NCBI RefSeq assembly: GCF_017876815.1
Contig: NZ_JAGIOS010000003.1
Coordinates: 60,001 to 92,000, forward strand
DNA from: Sinorhizobium meliloti
Lineage (GTDB): Bacteria; Pseudomonadota; Alphaproteobacteria; Rhizobiales; Rhizobiaceae
Direction: 5' to 3'
DNA: 32,000 bases
Below the pieces are notes generated by a model. That model worked only from the letters and a program-made list of their open reading frames with translations. It was not told where the DNA came from and did not search any database. Position 1 is the stretch's first letter. Every line of letters starts with the position of its first letter. Below, piece by piece: positions 1 to 7,826 of the stretch. The position numbers were made by a program, and so were the translations under genes.

Positions 1-74
1 CTGCACCGCAGCAGGCGGGCATTCTTCTGCTGGAAGCTCATTCGGTCCCCCGAGAAATAACTGAAGTTCGACAT
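1..74 (-). CDS. possible 5' end of a hypothetical gene running off the left edge
   Basis: ATG at 74-72 (minus) opens a stop-free frame to position 1 (MSNFSYFSGDRMSFQQKNARLLRC...). It lies 51 nt downstream of the Bug-family gene on the same strand. Only 24 codons are visible and the SD is poor. Confidence 0.2.
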   Translation of the reverse strand, partial: MSNFSYFSGDRMSFQQKNARLLRC

Positions 75-125
75 CCTTAGCTTTTCCGGCCGGGACGAAT
101 TGAGTCGGTAGGCGACAGCTGCAGA

Positions 126-1118
126 TTAATCCATCTGGATGTTGGCGTCGCGGACAACCGGGATCCATTTGGCAAGCTCGGCTTTGACGTGGGCGGCGAG
201 CTCCTCGGGCGTCGAACCCACGATCTTGGCGCTGAATTCCTCCATGCGTTTCTGCACCGCTGGATCGGCCATGGCCTTCTTCGCAGCTTCGTTAAGTCGG
301 GCGATCACCGGCTGTGGCGTATTGGCCGGAGCGAAGAGCGCATTCCAGGTATAGGTCTCGTAACCGGGAATGCCCGACTCAGCGATGGTCGGAATGTCCG
401 GAAAGGACGATGCGCGTTCTGCCGTCGTGACAGCGAGCGCGCGAAGGGTGCCAGCTTTGATGTGACCGGATGACGAGGGGAGGTTGTCGAACATGATCGG
501 CACCTGATTGCCGAGAACGTCGTTCAGTGCCGGGCCGGAGCCCTTGTAGGGAATATGCTGCATCTCGACACCAGCCATCTTCTTGAAGAGCTCGCCGGAA
601 AGATGTAGCGGCGTTCCATTGCCCGAGGAGGCGTAGGCGTACTTCTCGGGTTCAGCTTTCAAAAGCGCCAGCAATTCCTGGACGGTCTTGGCGGGCAGCT
701 CCGGGTTGACCACCAGGACGTTCGGAACGACGACCAGGAGTGAAATCGGTGCGAAATCCTTCTCGGGATCGTAGGGCTTGGTCTTGAGGATCAGGGGGTT
801 CAGCGCATGGGTCGCGACTGTCGCCATGAGGATCGTATAGCCATCCGGTTCGGCGCGCGCGACATTGGCTGCCCCGAGGTTACCGCCGGCGCCGGCGACG
901 TTCTGAACGATGACCTGTTGGCCGAGATCCTCGGACATTTTCTGCGCAATGATCCGCGCGACAACGTCGGTCGAGCCGCCGGCAGCAAAGGGAACGACAA
1001 GCGTAACGGTCCGATCGGGAAAGTCCTGCGCTTTTGCGGGCGCGCCAAGCGCGAGCGCGGACCAGAAAGCAAATCCGGCGGCCATGGCGGCGCGGCGGGT
1101 CAAGCTTGGAAATATCAT
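126..1118 (-). CDS. Bug-family tripartite tricarboxylate transporter substrate-binding protein (TctC-like)
   Basis: 330-aa ORF. It has an N-terminal signal-like TRRAAMAAGFAFWSALALGAPAKA followed by the typical Bug core: TLVVPFAAGGSTDVVARI, VQNVAGAGGNLGA, EPDGYTILMAT, SSGNGTPLHLSGELF, HIPYKGSGPALNDVLGNQV. Confidence 0.9.
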   Translation of the reverse strand: MIFPSLTRRAAMAAGFAFWSALALGAPAKAQDFPDRTVTLVVPFAAGGSTDVVARIIAQKMSEDLGQQVIVQNVAGAGGNLGAANVARAEPDGYTILMATVATHALNPLILKTKPYDPEKDFAPISLLVVVPNVLVVNPELPAKTVQELLALLKAEPEKYAYASSGNGTPLHLSGELFKKMAGVEMQHIPYKGSGPALNDVLGNQVPIMFDNLPSSSGHIKAGTLRALAVTTAERASSFPDIPTIAESGIPGYETYTWNALFAPANTPQPVIARLNEAAKKAMADPAVQKRMEEFSAKIVGSTPEELAAHVKAELAKWIPVVRDANIQMD

Positions 1119-1454
1119 GCGAAAATCCTCCCGATCTTAAACACAAGGTGCTGGCGTGCTGCCGGCTGTTCTAACAATAGGGCCGACTTCCTGTCACGCA
1201 ATGGGCGGATACGATTCGCCGTGATTGGCCGGTGAAATATGGGGTTCTTCAGTGTTCTCCCGTTGGCCCCTTGAAGCACGGCCGACGGCTTGCTAACCGA
1301 ATCGGTCGCCGAAGGCACATGGCGATCATGGTTCTCTCTAAGATCCAGGCAAACCATAGCCACTGCGGCTGGCCGAAAGCCGTGATTTACGAACTTAACA
1401 AACTTGACGAACTGTCCCATCCTGCCTAAGTTATAGCGCAGGAGGCCGAAGACC

Positions 1455-2129
1455 ATGCCCGCGACGAAGACTCTAGCCAACGAATCCCGAAACGATTCTT
1501 CGAACATTGCGCTCTCGATGAAGCTGCCACGGAAAGCCGATTTCGAGAAGGCGCTGATCAGGCAATACGCCAAGGCGGTCAAGCTGAGCCGAAAGGCCGG
1601 CCATCAGGTCAGTTTCCGCGTCGTCGTGGATCCGCTAGCCGGCGCGCAGACGATTTCAGTCGTTGAAGAAGAGCCGCTGTGTCATCAGGATGCGTTTCCG
1701 GTAGAAGAGGTGCCAGAACCGGATGATGAACTCCAGGCAGCGTTGGCTGCCGCACGGGAATGCGGCCGGCGTCGCGCGGCGGAAATTCTCGCGGAGGGCG
1801 ATATGCTGAGCGCGGAAGCGTTCGCGGACCTGCTCGGCGTTTCGCGCGTCACCGTCAACACAAAGCGCCATAACGGGCAGGTTCTCGGTCTCGACGGCGC
1901 CAAGCGGGGCTTCCGTTTTCCGTTATGGCAACTCGATCGGGACGGTCGACCCTATGCTGCGCTTCCAAAGCTGCACGAGGTCCTGGGCGGTGCATGGGCG
2001 GTTTATCGCTTCCTTGTCACGCCGCACGGCGCTTTGAATGGCCGGACGGGCCTCGACGCATTGAAACGCGGTCAGGACGAAGATGTGGTTGCAGCGGCCG
2101 AGGGTGTCGCCCGCGGTGACTTTCGCTGA
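1455..2129 (+). CDS. Xre/MbcA/ParS-type antitoxin (HTH plus DUF2384-like C-terminus) of a RES-Xre toxin-antitoxin pair
   Basis: AGGAGG lies 9 nt upstream of ATG 1455. An HTH-like segment (AEAFADLLGVSRVTVNTKRHNGQV) is followed by LHEVLGG.WAVYRFLVTPHGALNGRTGLDALKRGQDEDVVAAAEGVARGDF, the usual C-terminal toxin-binding pattern. The stop TGA (2127-2129) abuts the ATG of the RES frame. Confidence 0.8.
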   Translation: MPATKTLANESRNDSSNIALSMKLPRKADFEKALIRQYAKAVKLSRKAGHQVSFRVVVDPLAGAQTISVVEEEPLCHQDAFPVEEVPEPDDELQAALAAARECGRRRAAEILAEGDMLSAEAFADLLGVSRVTVNTKRHNGQVLGLDGAKRGFRFPLWQLDRDGRPYAALPKLHEVLGGAWAVYRFLVTPHGALNGRTGLDALKRGQDEDVVAAAEGVARGDFR

Positions 2130-2745
2130 ATGGCCGCATCAAGCCGCCCCCCGGTTTCGAGAATTCCCCGCTCGATATCGAGACCGTTCGTGCCGGTCGT
2201 CGATTTGGACGAATCTATGCGAGCGCCTTTCCCGATCCGTTAGGATATGGAAAGACGCCGAGCCGGTTCAGTGATCCCCGCCGGCGTGACCCGGCAAGGC
2301 GGTTTGGTGTTGTCTATTTGGGCGACACACTCAAGGTCTGCTTCCTGGAAGCGGTCTTGCGTGATCGGCGCGATGGCCTCATGGGCGATCTCCCGATCGA
2401 TGAGAAGGAGATCTATGCGCGGCGCTACGCAGAGATTGAGACGATCGCGGATCTCCGTCTTGTTGATCTGCGCGAGGACACGCGATCAGGATGGGAGTGC
2501 CGACGGATGTCGCAAAATCCTCCCGCCAATCCCTCGGGCGGGCGTGGTCGCTTGCTTTCCATGAGCACCGGTCCGTGCCGGACGGCATCATCTATCCTTC
2601 CCGCCTGAACGGACATACGAATCTCGCGATCTTTGACCGCGCCATCTCAAAACTGTCGGCAGTACGCGTCGTGCCATTAATTGGAGCACCGGGCCTTGCC
2701 ACCATCATCAACGATCTTCGTGTGAGCCTCGTCGACATCATTTAG
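2130..2745 (+). pseudogene. RES-family (NAD+-degrading) toxin gene disrupted by two frameshifts
   Basis: RES-like sequence is spread over three frames. ATG 2130 gives MAASSRPP and then stops early. Frame 2 reads PPGFENSPLDIETVRAGRRFGRIY...GKTPSRFSDP...VVYLGDTLKVCFLEAVL...LRLVDLREDTR. Frame 1 from about 2467 reads RMGVPTDV...GRAWSLAFHEHRSVPDGIIYPSRLNGHTNLAIFDRA. The R (SRFS), E (FLEAV) and S (YPSR) signature residues are all present. Shift 1 is at the C6 run 2147-2152 and shift 2 lies between 2467 and 2492. Confidence 0.75.
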
Positions 2746-3305
2746 ACCAAGGCCATGAAACTCAAACCGGCCGCACTTGCCAGCGTTGGACCTCGCGGTG
2801 TCGAGCGCACGAGGCCGCCAATTCCGCGTTGGCCGCCTAAGTCGCGGAGTTCGCTTTCAGCGCGCGGTTCATCTCGGGCTCCGCTCGATAGTTGATCTGC
2901 GTCACAGCGCCCCCTCAGTCGAATAATCATGGCATTGGGTGGGCGGCTTCACCAGCCAAGACCACCCGTCGTTCAGTTCTTTTGAAGCTGGGCCGAGTTT
3001 GCCGGACCGCCAGCGACACCACGTCCAATCCCGAACGGACCAGCGTTGTCTCATCGGGAGTACGAAGCTGTTCAGGGCGAGTCAGGGGGAGCAGTCGGGC
3101 AATCCGGATTTCTCGGCCCACAGCTCTAGGAAGTCGTCTGGCGACAGCGCGCGGGGAAATAGCTACTAAGGTCCATGCGCTGAGCATGAGACGCGCGGGA
3201 ATCCGTGAGACAAGATGCGAGACTTCCTCATCTGATTATCGAGTGCGGTCTTAATGTGATAGAAGGTGGCTGTAACGTGGTTCGTAGGCCAACGAGGAGG
3301 TCACC

Positions 3306-3650
3306 ATGCCGCCGAGAAAAGGCACCAAGGATTACCAGAACGAAATTATCAGAGTGTACTACGGCATCAACAACCAAACGCTTGGAGTACAGTCAGTGTG
3401 GGAGACGCGCGGCGGTAAGCTGGCCTCGATGTCTGCCGGTCACCACTTTAGGCACCAATGTGTTGCTGGAAATATCGCTCACTCGCACGCGGTGTCCGTT
3501 GCCTTCGACCTTACAGGCGTTTTCACGCTGCCCGTGGATGTTGAGAACCATCCACTTGTAAACGAGCTTGAAGAGAAGGCCTCGATCATGCGTGCCCAAC
3601 GAACCCACGACGCCTTCCGTGAGGTCCTCTCGATTGTCGGTGCCAAGTGA
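3306..3650 (+). CDS. hypothetical protein (no family recognised)
   Basis: 114-aa ORF with a strong SD (GAGGAGG, 6 nt before ATG 3306). The composition is protein-like and there is a His-rich stretch, HHFRHQCVAGNIAHSH. Confidence 0.5.
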   Translation: MPPRKGTKDYQNEIIRVYYGINNQTLGVQSVWETRGGKLASMSAGHHFRHQCVAGNIAHSHAVSVAFDLTGVFTLPVDVENHPLVNELEEKASIMRAQRTHDAFREVLSIVGAK

Positions 3651-4063
3651 ACCACCGCGCTGCTCTACGCTGAACGTCGTCGCGGCACCCGTTAGGGCGT
3701 CAAATTTGTCAGTTGGACGATATGCGCGAAGGGTGTCACCGGCCACTTGCCGTTTTCATCCTTTGCTGCTCTGTAAATCATGACGCCTCTATCCATGGTG
3801 AACGTGGCCTGTGCATACTTCCGTTTCAGGATCTCTGTAACGATCACGAGAGGTCGTCTTGGTGCCCGTATTCAATGGTCAGACGCTCTTCCTAAACAGA
3901 ACGCGCGCGCTCCAGCGAGAAACGTGCGTGCTTTCGTCAGACGGGTGCCGTCGAAACTCGGCCATCAGAAAACTGCAACGTCTTGAGCACCTTTCCTCCG
4001 CGGAATCTCAAACTCGACGCAAACGGCCTCGTCTTCGCATCGAAGGACGCACTTCGGCCTTGC

Positions 4064-4423
4064 TCAACGCTGGGACGATCTCGTCGTGATAGTCGCGCAT
4101 CGTTTTATCCGGCGCTTTTTGCAACGTATTGAGAACCCGTAGTGCCCGTGCGGCATTCGTGGGGTTAAGCTTCCTGCCATTGTCCAATGGCCTGTTCTTA
4201 CTGTCTCCCCTGTGAAGAGGTGGTGGATCGTATAGGTACCGTCTCCTTCGAAACGGCGGTCATATTGATAGAATTGTCCAGATCTGTCAGGCGCCCCGCC
4301 TTCAGACTCCCATACGCTGAGGGCGAGCGCGTGCTCCTCGTGTTTGCTCTTCAACTTTTGGCCCTCCTCGGGCTTGCTCTTACCGCGAGCGGCAATCGTC
4401 AGTGAGGGGATGCCATGCCCCAT
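4064..4423 (-). CDS. small hypothetical protein with W-E-x-E-G-G-A motif, probably frameshifted at its 3' end
   Basis: Third gene of an overlapping minus-strand operon. It contains LSVWESEGGAPD and DGTYTIHHLFTGE. An alternative start is TTG 4354, preceded by GAGGAGG at 8 nt. After about 4170 the listed frame turns into basic junk, while another frame reads LNPTNAARALRVLNTLQKAPDKTMRDYHDEIVPALSKAE and stops at 4008. Confidence 0.5.
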   Translation of the reverse strand: MGHGIPSLTIAARGKSKPEEGQKLKSKHEEHALALSVWESEGGAPDRSGQFYQYDRRFEGDGTYTIHHLFTGETVRTGHWTMAGSLTPRMPHGHYGFSIRCKKRRIKRCATITTRSSQR

Positions 4424-4632
4424 TCAATCGGTTCGAGATTGTCTTCCCCGCTGACGCGTTCCTGGCCGAGTTCGTCATTGCGAATGCGATACTGGGGCCA
4501 GTTGGATGTCCACGGCAGTTTGGCCGTGATGCGATAGGTCTCTGCCGCGCCGGGCGAGATATACGTTCTGTCTTTGAGGCGCACGGACAGACCGATGGGG
4601 AAGGTATGGTCGCGCATTGAATTTGCCTTCAC
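4399..4632 (-). CDS. small conserved hypothetical protein
   Basis: 77-aa ORF. Its GTG start overlaps the stop of the upstream gene (GTGA), and ATG 4617 with an AAGG SD is an alternative start. The motif PQYRIRNDELGQERV resembles a small-protein family I recall from Rhizobiales. Confidence 0.6.
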   Translation of the reverse strand: MKANSMRDHTFPIGLSVRLKDRTYISPGAAETYRITAKLPWTSNWPQYRIRNDELGQERVSGEDNLEPIEWGMASPH

Positions 4633-4910
4633 AGGTTGGATGACGCTGCCGCATCGCGCTGATCGAAGGCTATGAGGCCTTCGAGCTCCTCTGGATCGAT
4701 CGGCACAAGGCGCATTCGGTACTTGTTCTCGGTTGTTGCCGGGAGCGTGATGAACGTTGCTACGCGACGATAGGCCGACCAGGAGAGACCTTCGATCAGC
4801 TCCTCTTCTTCATCGACTACGTAGTCGCCGGCAGTGACCATCTCAGATAGTCCTGATATCCAGAATGGCTTATCAAAATGAACCGTTCGGTGTTTTGTTC
4901 TGGCGAACAT
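4629..4910 (-). CDS. small conserved hypothetical protein
   Basis: 93-aa ORF and first gene of the three-gene minus-strand operon. The pattern HFDKPFWISGL...AGDY.V..EEELIEGLSWSAYRRVATFI resembles a recurrent Rhizobiales small-protein family. Confidence 0.6.
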   Translation of the reverse strand: MFARTKHRTVHFDKPFWISGLSEMVTAGDYVVDEEEELIEGLSWSAYRRVATFITLPATTENKYRMRLVPIDPEELEGLIAFDQRDAAASSNL

Positions 4911-5350
4911 GATTTGTGTCCTCTGCGGGATTTAAAAGTGGGTCGGATCGGCAGTTTTTTTAGCTCGGGGAGTTTTCCGTCCCGACTCGCTTCTAGAAAC
5001 AGAAACTCCCGCCGATATCAATGGTAAATAAATACACCGACATTGAGGCATTACTAAGTCACGAGACAAGAAGTTACAGAGAGGACGGAACAAGACGTTT
5101 ATTTATTCCAAATTAAATGTGCGGGAAGAATTTGATTTTTCTCGGAATTGGCGGTGCGGTAGCGTAAAGATGGCATCGAAATAATAGTATTTTCACATTT
5201 TTATCTTTAGGGAGCAGATGAAAAATCTGGATTGCAACTGGCTTCGGGTTAAAGAACAGGCCCGAGTCGATCTCGATCGCCGGTTACAGGGATTAGAACA
5301 GGACATTCCAACAGAGCCTTGAACGGAGAAAACCCTATGCCATCGGCCTG

Positions 5351-5641
5351 GTGGTAGGAGGTTTTGCTGCACCCATCGTCGGGTTCAATGCGGGATGGAT
5401 TACTACCACGACGGCCAGCGCGCAGGCGGCCGAGACACCCAGAGGGGATGCGCTCACGGGCATTTGCTCGAGTGCCGCAGGGCGAATGGTAACCGCCCGC
5501 AGCACAGGCATGGCCACCTTCAAGGGCTACGACAATCGTGCGAAACGCGACGAGCGCGTCGCCGTCATTATGACCGATATTCGGGTTCCGGCGGACATCC
5601 TCGACAAGATCAGCACGGGCTGTAGCCGCTCACTATCTTGA
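5351..5641 (+). CDS. hypothetical protein with signal-peptide-like N-terminus and uncertain start
   Basis: GTG-start ORF beginning VGGFAAPIVGFNAGWITTTTASAQA-AE. The well-placed GGAG plus ATG at 5337 is in another frame and stops after 6 codons. Confidence 0.3.
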   Translation: MVGGFAAPIVGFNAGWITTTTASAQAAETPRGDALTGICSSAAGRMVTARSTGMATFKGYDNRAKRDERVAVIMTDIRVPADILDKISTGCSRSLS

Positions 5642-5698
5642 AGCAACGCGAAATGCCATGCTTTGGGCATCTCAGAATTCCGCAATCAGGAGGGCGAA

Positions 5699-5899
5699 AT
5701 GAAGCTCGTTCACGCTCGCTTCTATACCTACGATTTCACGCGTTTGGTCGCGATGATTGCCTTTACTCTGGCGATTGCCGTAGATTGTCTATTCGGTCCT
5801 TTTCGGAAGCATTCTATAGGCGCCGATCATGCGTGCATCCGTTCAATGAAGCTGGAAAGCATCGTGGACCGGCGTTGGGAGTGCCGAGCCATTGAATGA
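5699..5899 (+). CDS. small membrane protein (hypothetical)
   Basis: AGGAGG (5688-5693) lies 5 nt upstream of ATG 5699. The 66-aa product has one hydrophobic helix, LVAMIAFTLAIAVDCLFGPF. Confidence 0.45.
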   Translation: MKLVHARFYTYDFTRLVAMIAFTLAIAVDCLFGPFRKHSIGADHACIRSMKLESIVDRRWECRAIE

Positions 5900-5979
5900 A
5901 GCCGACAAGTTATCCCGACATTAGCTCTTCAGGCGAGTAAAATGGACTCGACATCGGAAGAGTTCGTCGGATACTAGAG

Positions 5980-7758
5980 ATGACACAGCCTCAGGCTTTC
6001 GCATTCGCCATTCTGATCGGCCTGATGATCGCTTTCATATGGGGACGCCTTCGCTACGACCTCATCGCAGTTCTTGCGTTGCTCGCCGCAGTTTTCACCG
6101 GCATTGTGCCGCATAAGGTAGCGTTCTCCGGCTTCGGGGACGACATTGTCATTATCGTCGCCAGCGCACTCGTCGTAAGCGCCGCGTTTGAACGCAGTGG
6201 TGTCATAGAGGCATTCCTTCATCGCGTGGCGCCCCGCGTGACTTCTGTGCAGGGTCAGGTTGTTATTCTCGTGGCGGCGGTCACGGTTCTTTCCGTCTTC
6301 ATCAAGAATATCGGGGCGTTGGCGATGATGATTCCGGTCGCGTTCCAGATGGCACGCCGCTCGAAAGCATCCCCTTCGTCATTTCTTATGCCGATGGCGT
6401 TCGGCTCCTTACTCGGTGGGCTCATCACCCTCGTCGGCACATCACCCAATATTGTCGTGTCACGGATGCGTGAGGAACTGACGGGCCAGCCTTTCAGCAT
6501 GTTTGATTTTACGCCTGTCGGTATTGGTATTGCGGCAGCGGGAGTGGTTTTCCTGGCTTTCGGCTATCGGCTGCTTCCTCGAGACAGAGAGGCGGTGCCT
6601 ACGATGGAGAAGGCTCTGAGTATCAAGGACTACATGACGGAAGCTCGCATTACCGGGAATTCGCAGGTCGTCGGCAAGTCGATCAGGCATTTGTCGGCTT
6701 TGCTGGATGACGAGGTCATGGTCACCGGGCTCGTGCGAAATCAGGCCGAGCGCCTTCTGCCACTGCCGGATCTCGTCCTCCAGGTGGACGATATCGTCTT
6801 GCTGGAAGGAGATCCTGAAGCACTGGAGCGAGGTATAAGGCGCGCGCGCCTGGAACTGGAAGGGCACAACCGCCCCACCGAAGCAAAAGGAGTCGACGAA
6901 GAGATTGCCGGAATTGAAGTGGTAGTCGGTCCGAGATCAGTCTTGATTGAGCAAACGGCCAAGCGCTTGGCGCTGCATAACCGATTCAACATCAATTTGC
7001 TCGCGGTAAGCCGGAGTAGCCAGCGCTTCACCGAACGTTTGCGCGACATCGTGTTGAGATCGGGTGACGTTCTCGTTTTAAAGGGCGATCTCGTGCTTCT
7101 CCCGACCAAGCTGATGGAACTCGGCCTTCTTCCTTTGGCCGAACGGGAGATCCGACTGGGCAATCCGCGAGAACGCCTGATGCCCATGCTGATCCTAGCC
7201 GGCGCAATGGCGTTCACCGCATTGGGTGTATTGCCCGTTGCCACCGCGTTCTTCGCCGCTGCTGTTCTGACGGTTTTGTGCGGTGCCCTTTCGCTCAGAG
7301 AAGCTTACGAGGCGGTCGACTGGCCTATTGTGATAATGCTCGGCGCTCTCATCCCAGTCAGCGAGTCCATCCGTACGACCGGTGGTGCCGATCTTATTGC
7401 CGGCGCCCTCGCTCAGCTTGCCGGCGCCTTGCCCGTCTTCGGCGCGCTTGCAATGATCATGGTGGTCGCAATGGCCGCGACGCCGTTTCTGAACAATGCC
7501 GCCACCGTTCTGGTCGTCGCCCCAATCGCGGTTACCCTTGCTCACCGCCTTGGCTACAACCCGGACGCCTTTCTGATGGCAGTCGCAGTAGGGGCAGCTT
7601 GCGATTTTCTCACGCCCGTCGGACACCAGTGCAATACTCTGGTTCTGGGACCTGGTGGTTATCGCTTCGGCGACTATTGGAAGTTGGGGCTGCCGCTCTC
7701 GTTTATTGTGGTCGTGCTGGGCGTGCCTTTGATACTGTTGTTTTGGCCGACAGTTTAG
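5980..7758 (+). CDS. SLC13/DASS-family permease with two internal TrkA-C (RCK C-terminal) domains
   Basis: 592 aa. Hydrophobic transporter halves flank two soluble repeats: GNSQVVGKSIRHL...VDDIVLLEGDPEALE and VGPRSVLIEQTAKRL...SGDVLVLKGDL. This is the typical TrkA-C pair of this permease family. Confidence 0.9.
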   Translation: MTQPQAFAFAILIGLMIAFIWGRLRYDLIAVLALLAAVFTGIVPHKVAFSGFGDDIVIIVASALVVSAAFERSGVIEAFLHRVAPRVTSVQGQVVILVAAVTVLSVFIKNIGALAMMIPVAFQMARRSKASPSSFLMPMAFGSLLGGLITLVGTSPNIVVSRMREELTGQPFSMFDFTPVGIGIAAAGVVFLAFGYRLLPRDREAVPTMEKALSIKDYMTEARITGNSQVVGKSIRHLSALLDDEVMVTGLVRNQAERLLPLPDLVLQVDDIVLLEGDPEALERGIRRARLELEGHNRPTEAKGVDEEIAGIEVVVGPRSVLIEQTAKRLALHNRFNINLLAVSRSSQRFTERLRDIVLRSGDVLVLKGDLVLLPTKLMELGLLPLAEREIRLGNPRERLMPMLILAGAMAFTALGVLPVATAFFAAAVLTVLCGALSLREAYEAVDWPIVIMLGALIPVSESIRTTGGADLIAGALAQLAGALPVFGALAMIMVVAMAATPFLNNAATVLVVAPIAVTLAHRLGYNPDAFLMAVAVGAACDFLTPVGHQCNTLVLGPGGYRFGDYWKLGLPLSFIVVVLGVPLILLFWPTV

Positions 7759-7826
7759 TGCGTCGCGCCGATGCAGCGCGTCTGTCGCGCGATAGAGATA
7801 GCCGGCGGGACTGGAGAAGCGGATCG

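Noticed and set aside
1115-1582. 155-aa minus-strand ORF upstream of and overlapping the antitoxin start
   Set aside because: It overlaps the SD and start of the antitoxin gene in antisense, has no SD, and its sequence is implausible (VKFVKFVNHGF repeats arise from the AACTT-rich promoter DNA).
2742-3254. ORFs 2742-2930 (-), 2892-3254 (+), 2927-3187 (-) and 2939-3169 (+)
   Set aside because: They overlap one another in several frames and are Arg/Ser-rich with no SD and no motifs. I looked for integrase or recombinase remnants next to the TA locus and could not support any.
5086-5115. GGAAC at 5086 as another EcfG promoter; also GGAAG-N19-CGTT upstream of the DUF2934 gene and GGAAC at 10040 (minus) upstream of DUF1488
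   Set aside because: None has a CGTT at the required 16-17 nt spacing. Either the spacer length or the -35 sequence is wrong, so I did not call them.
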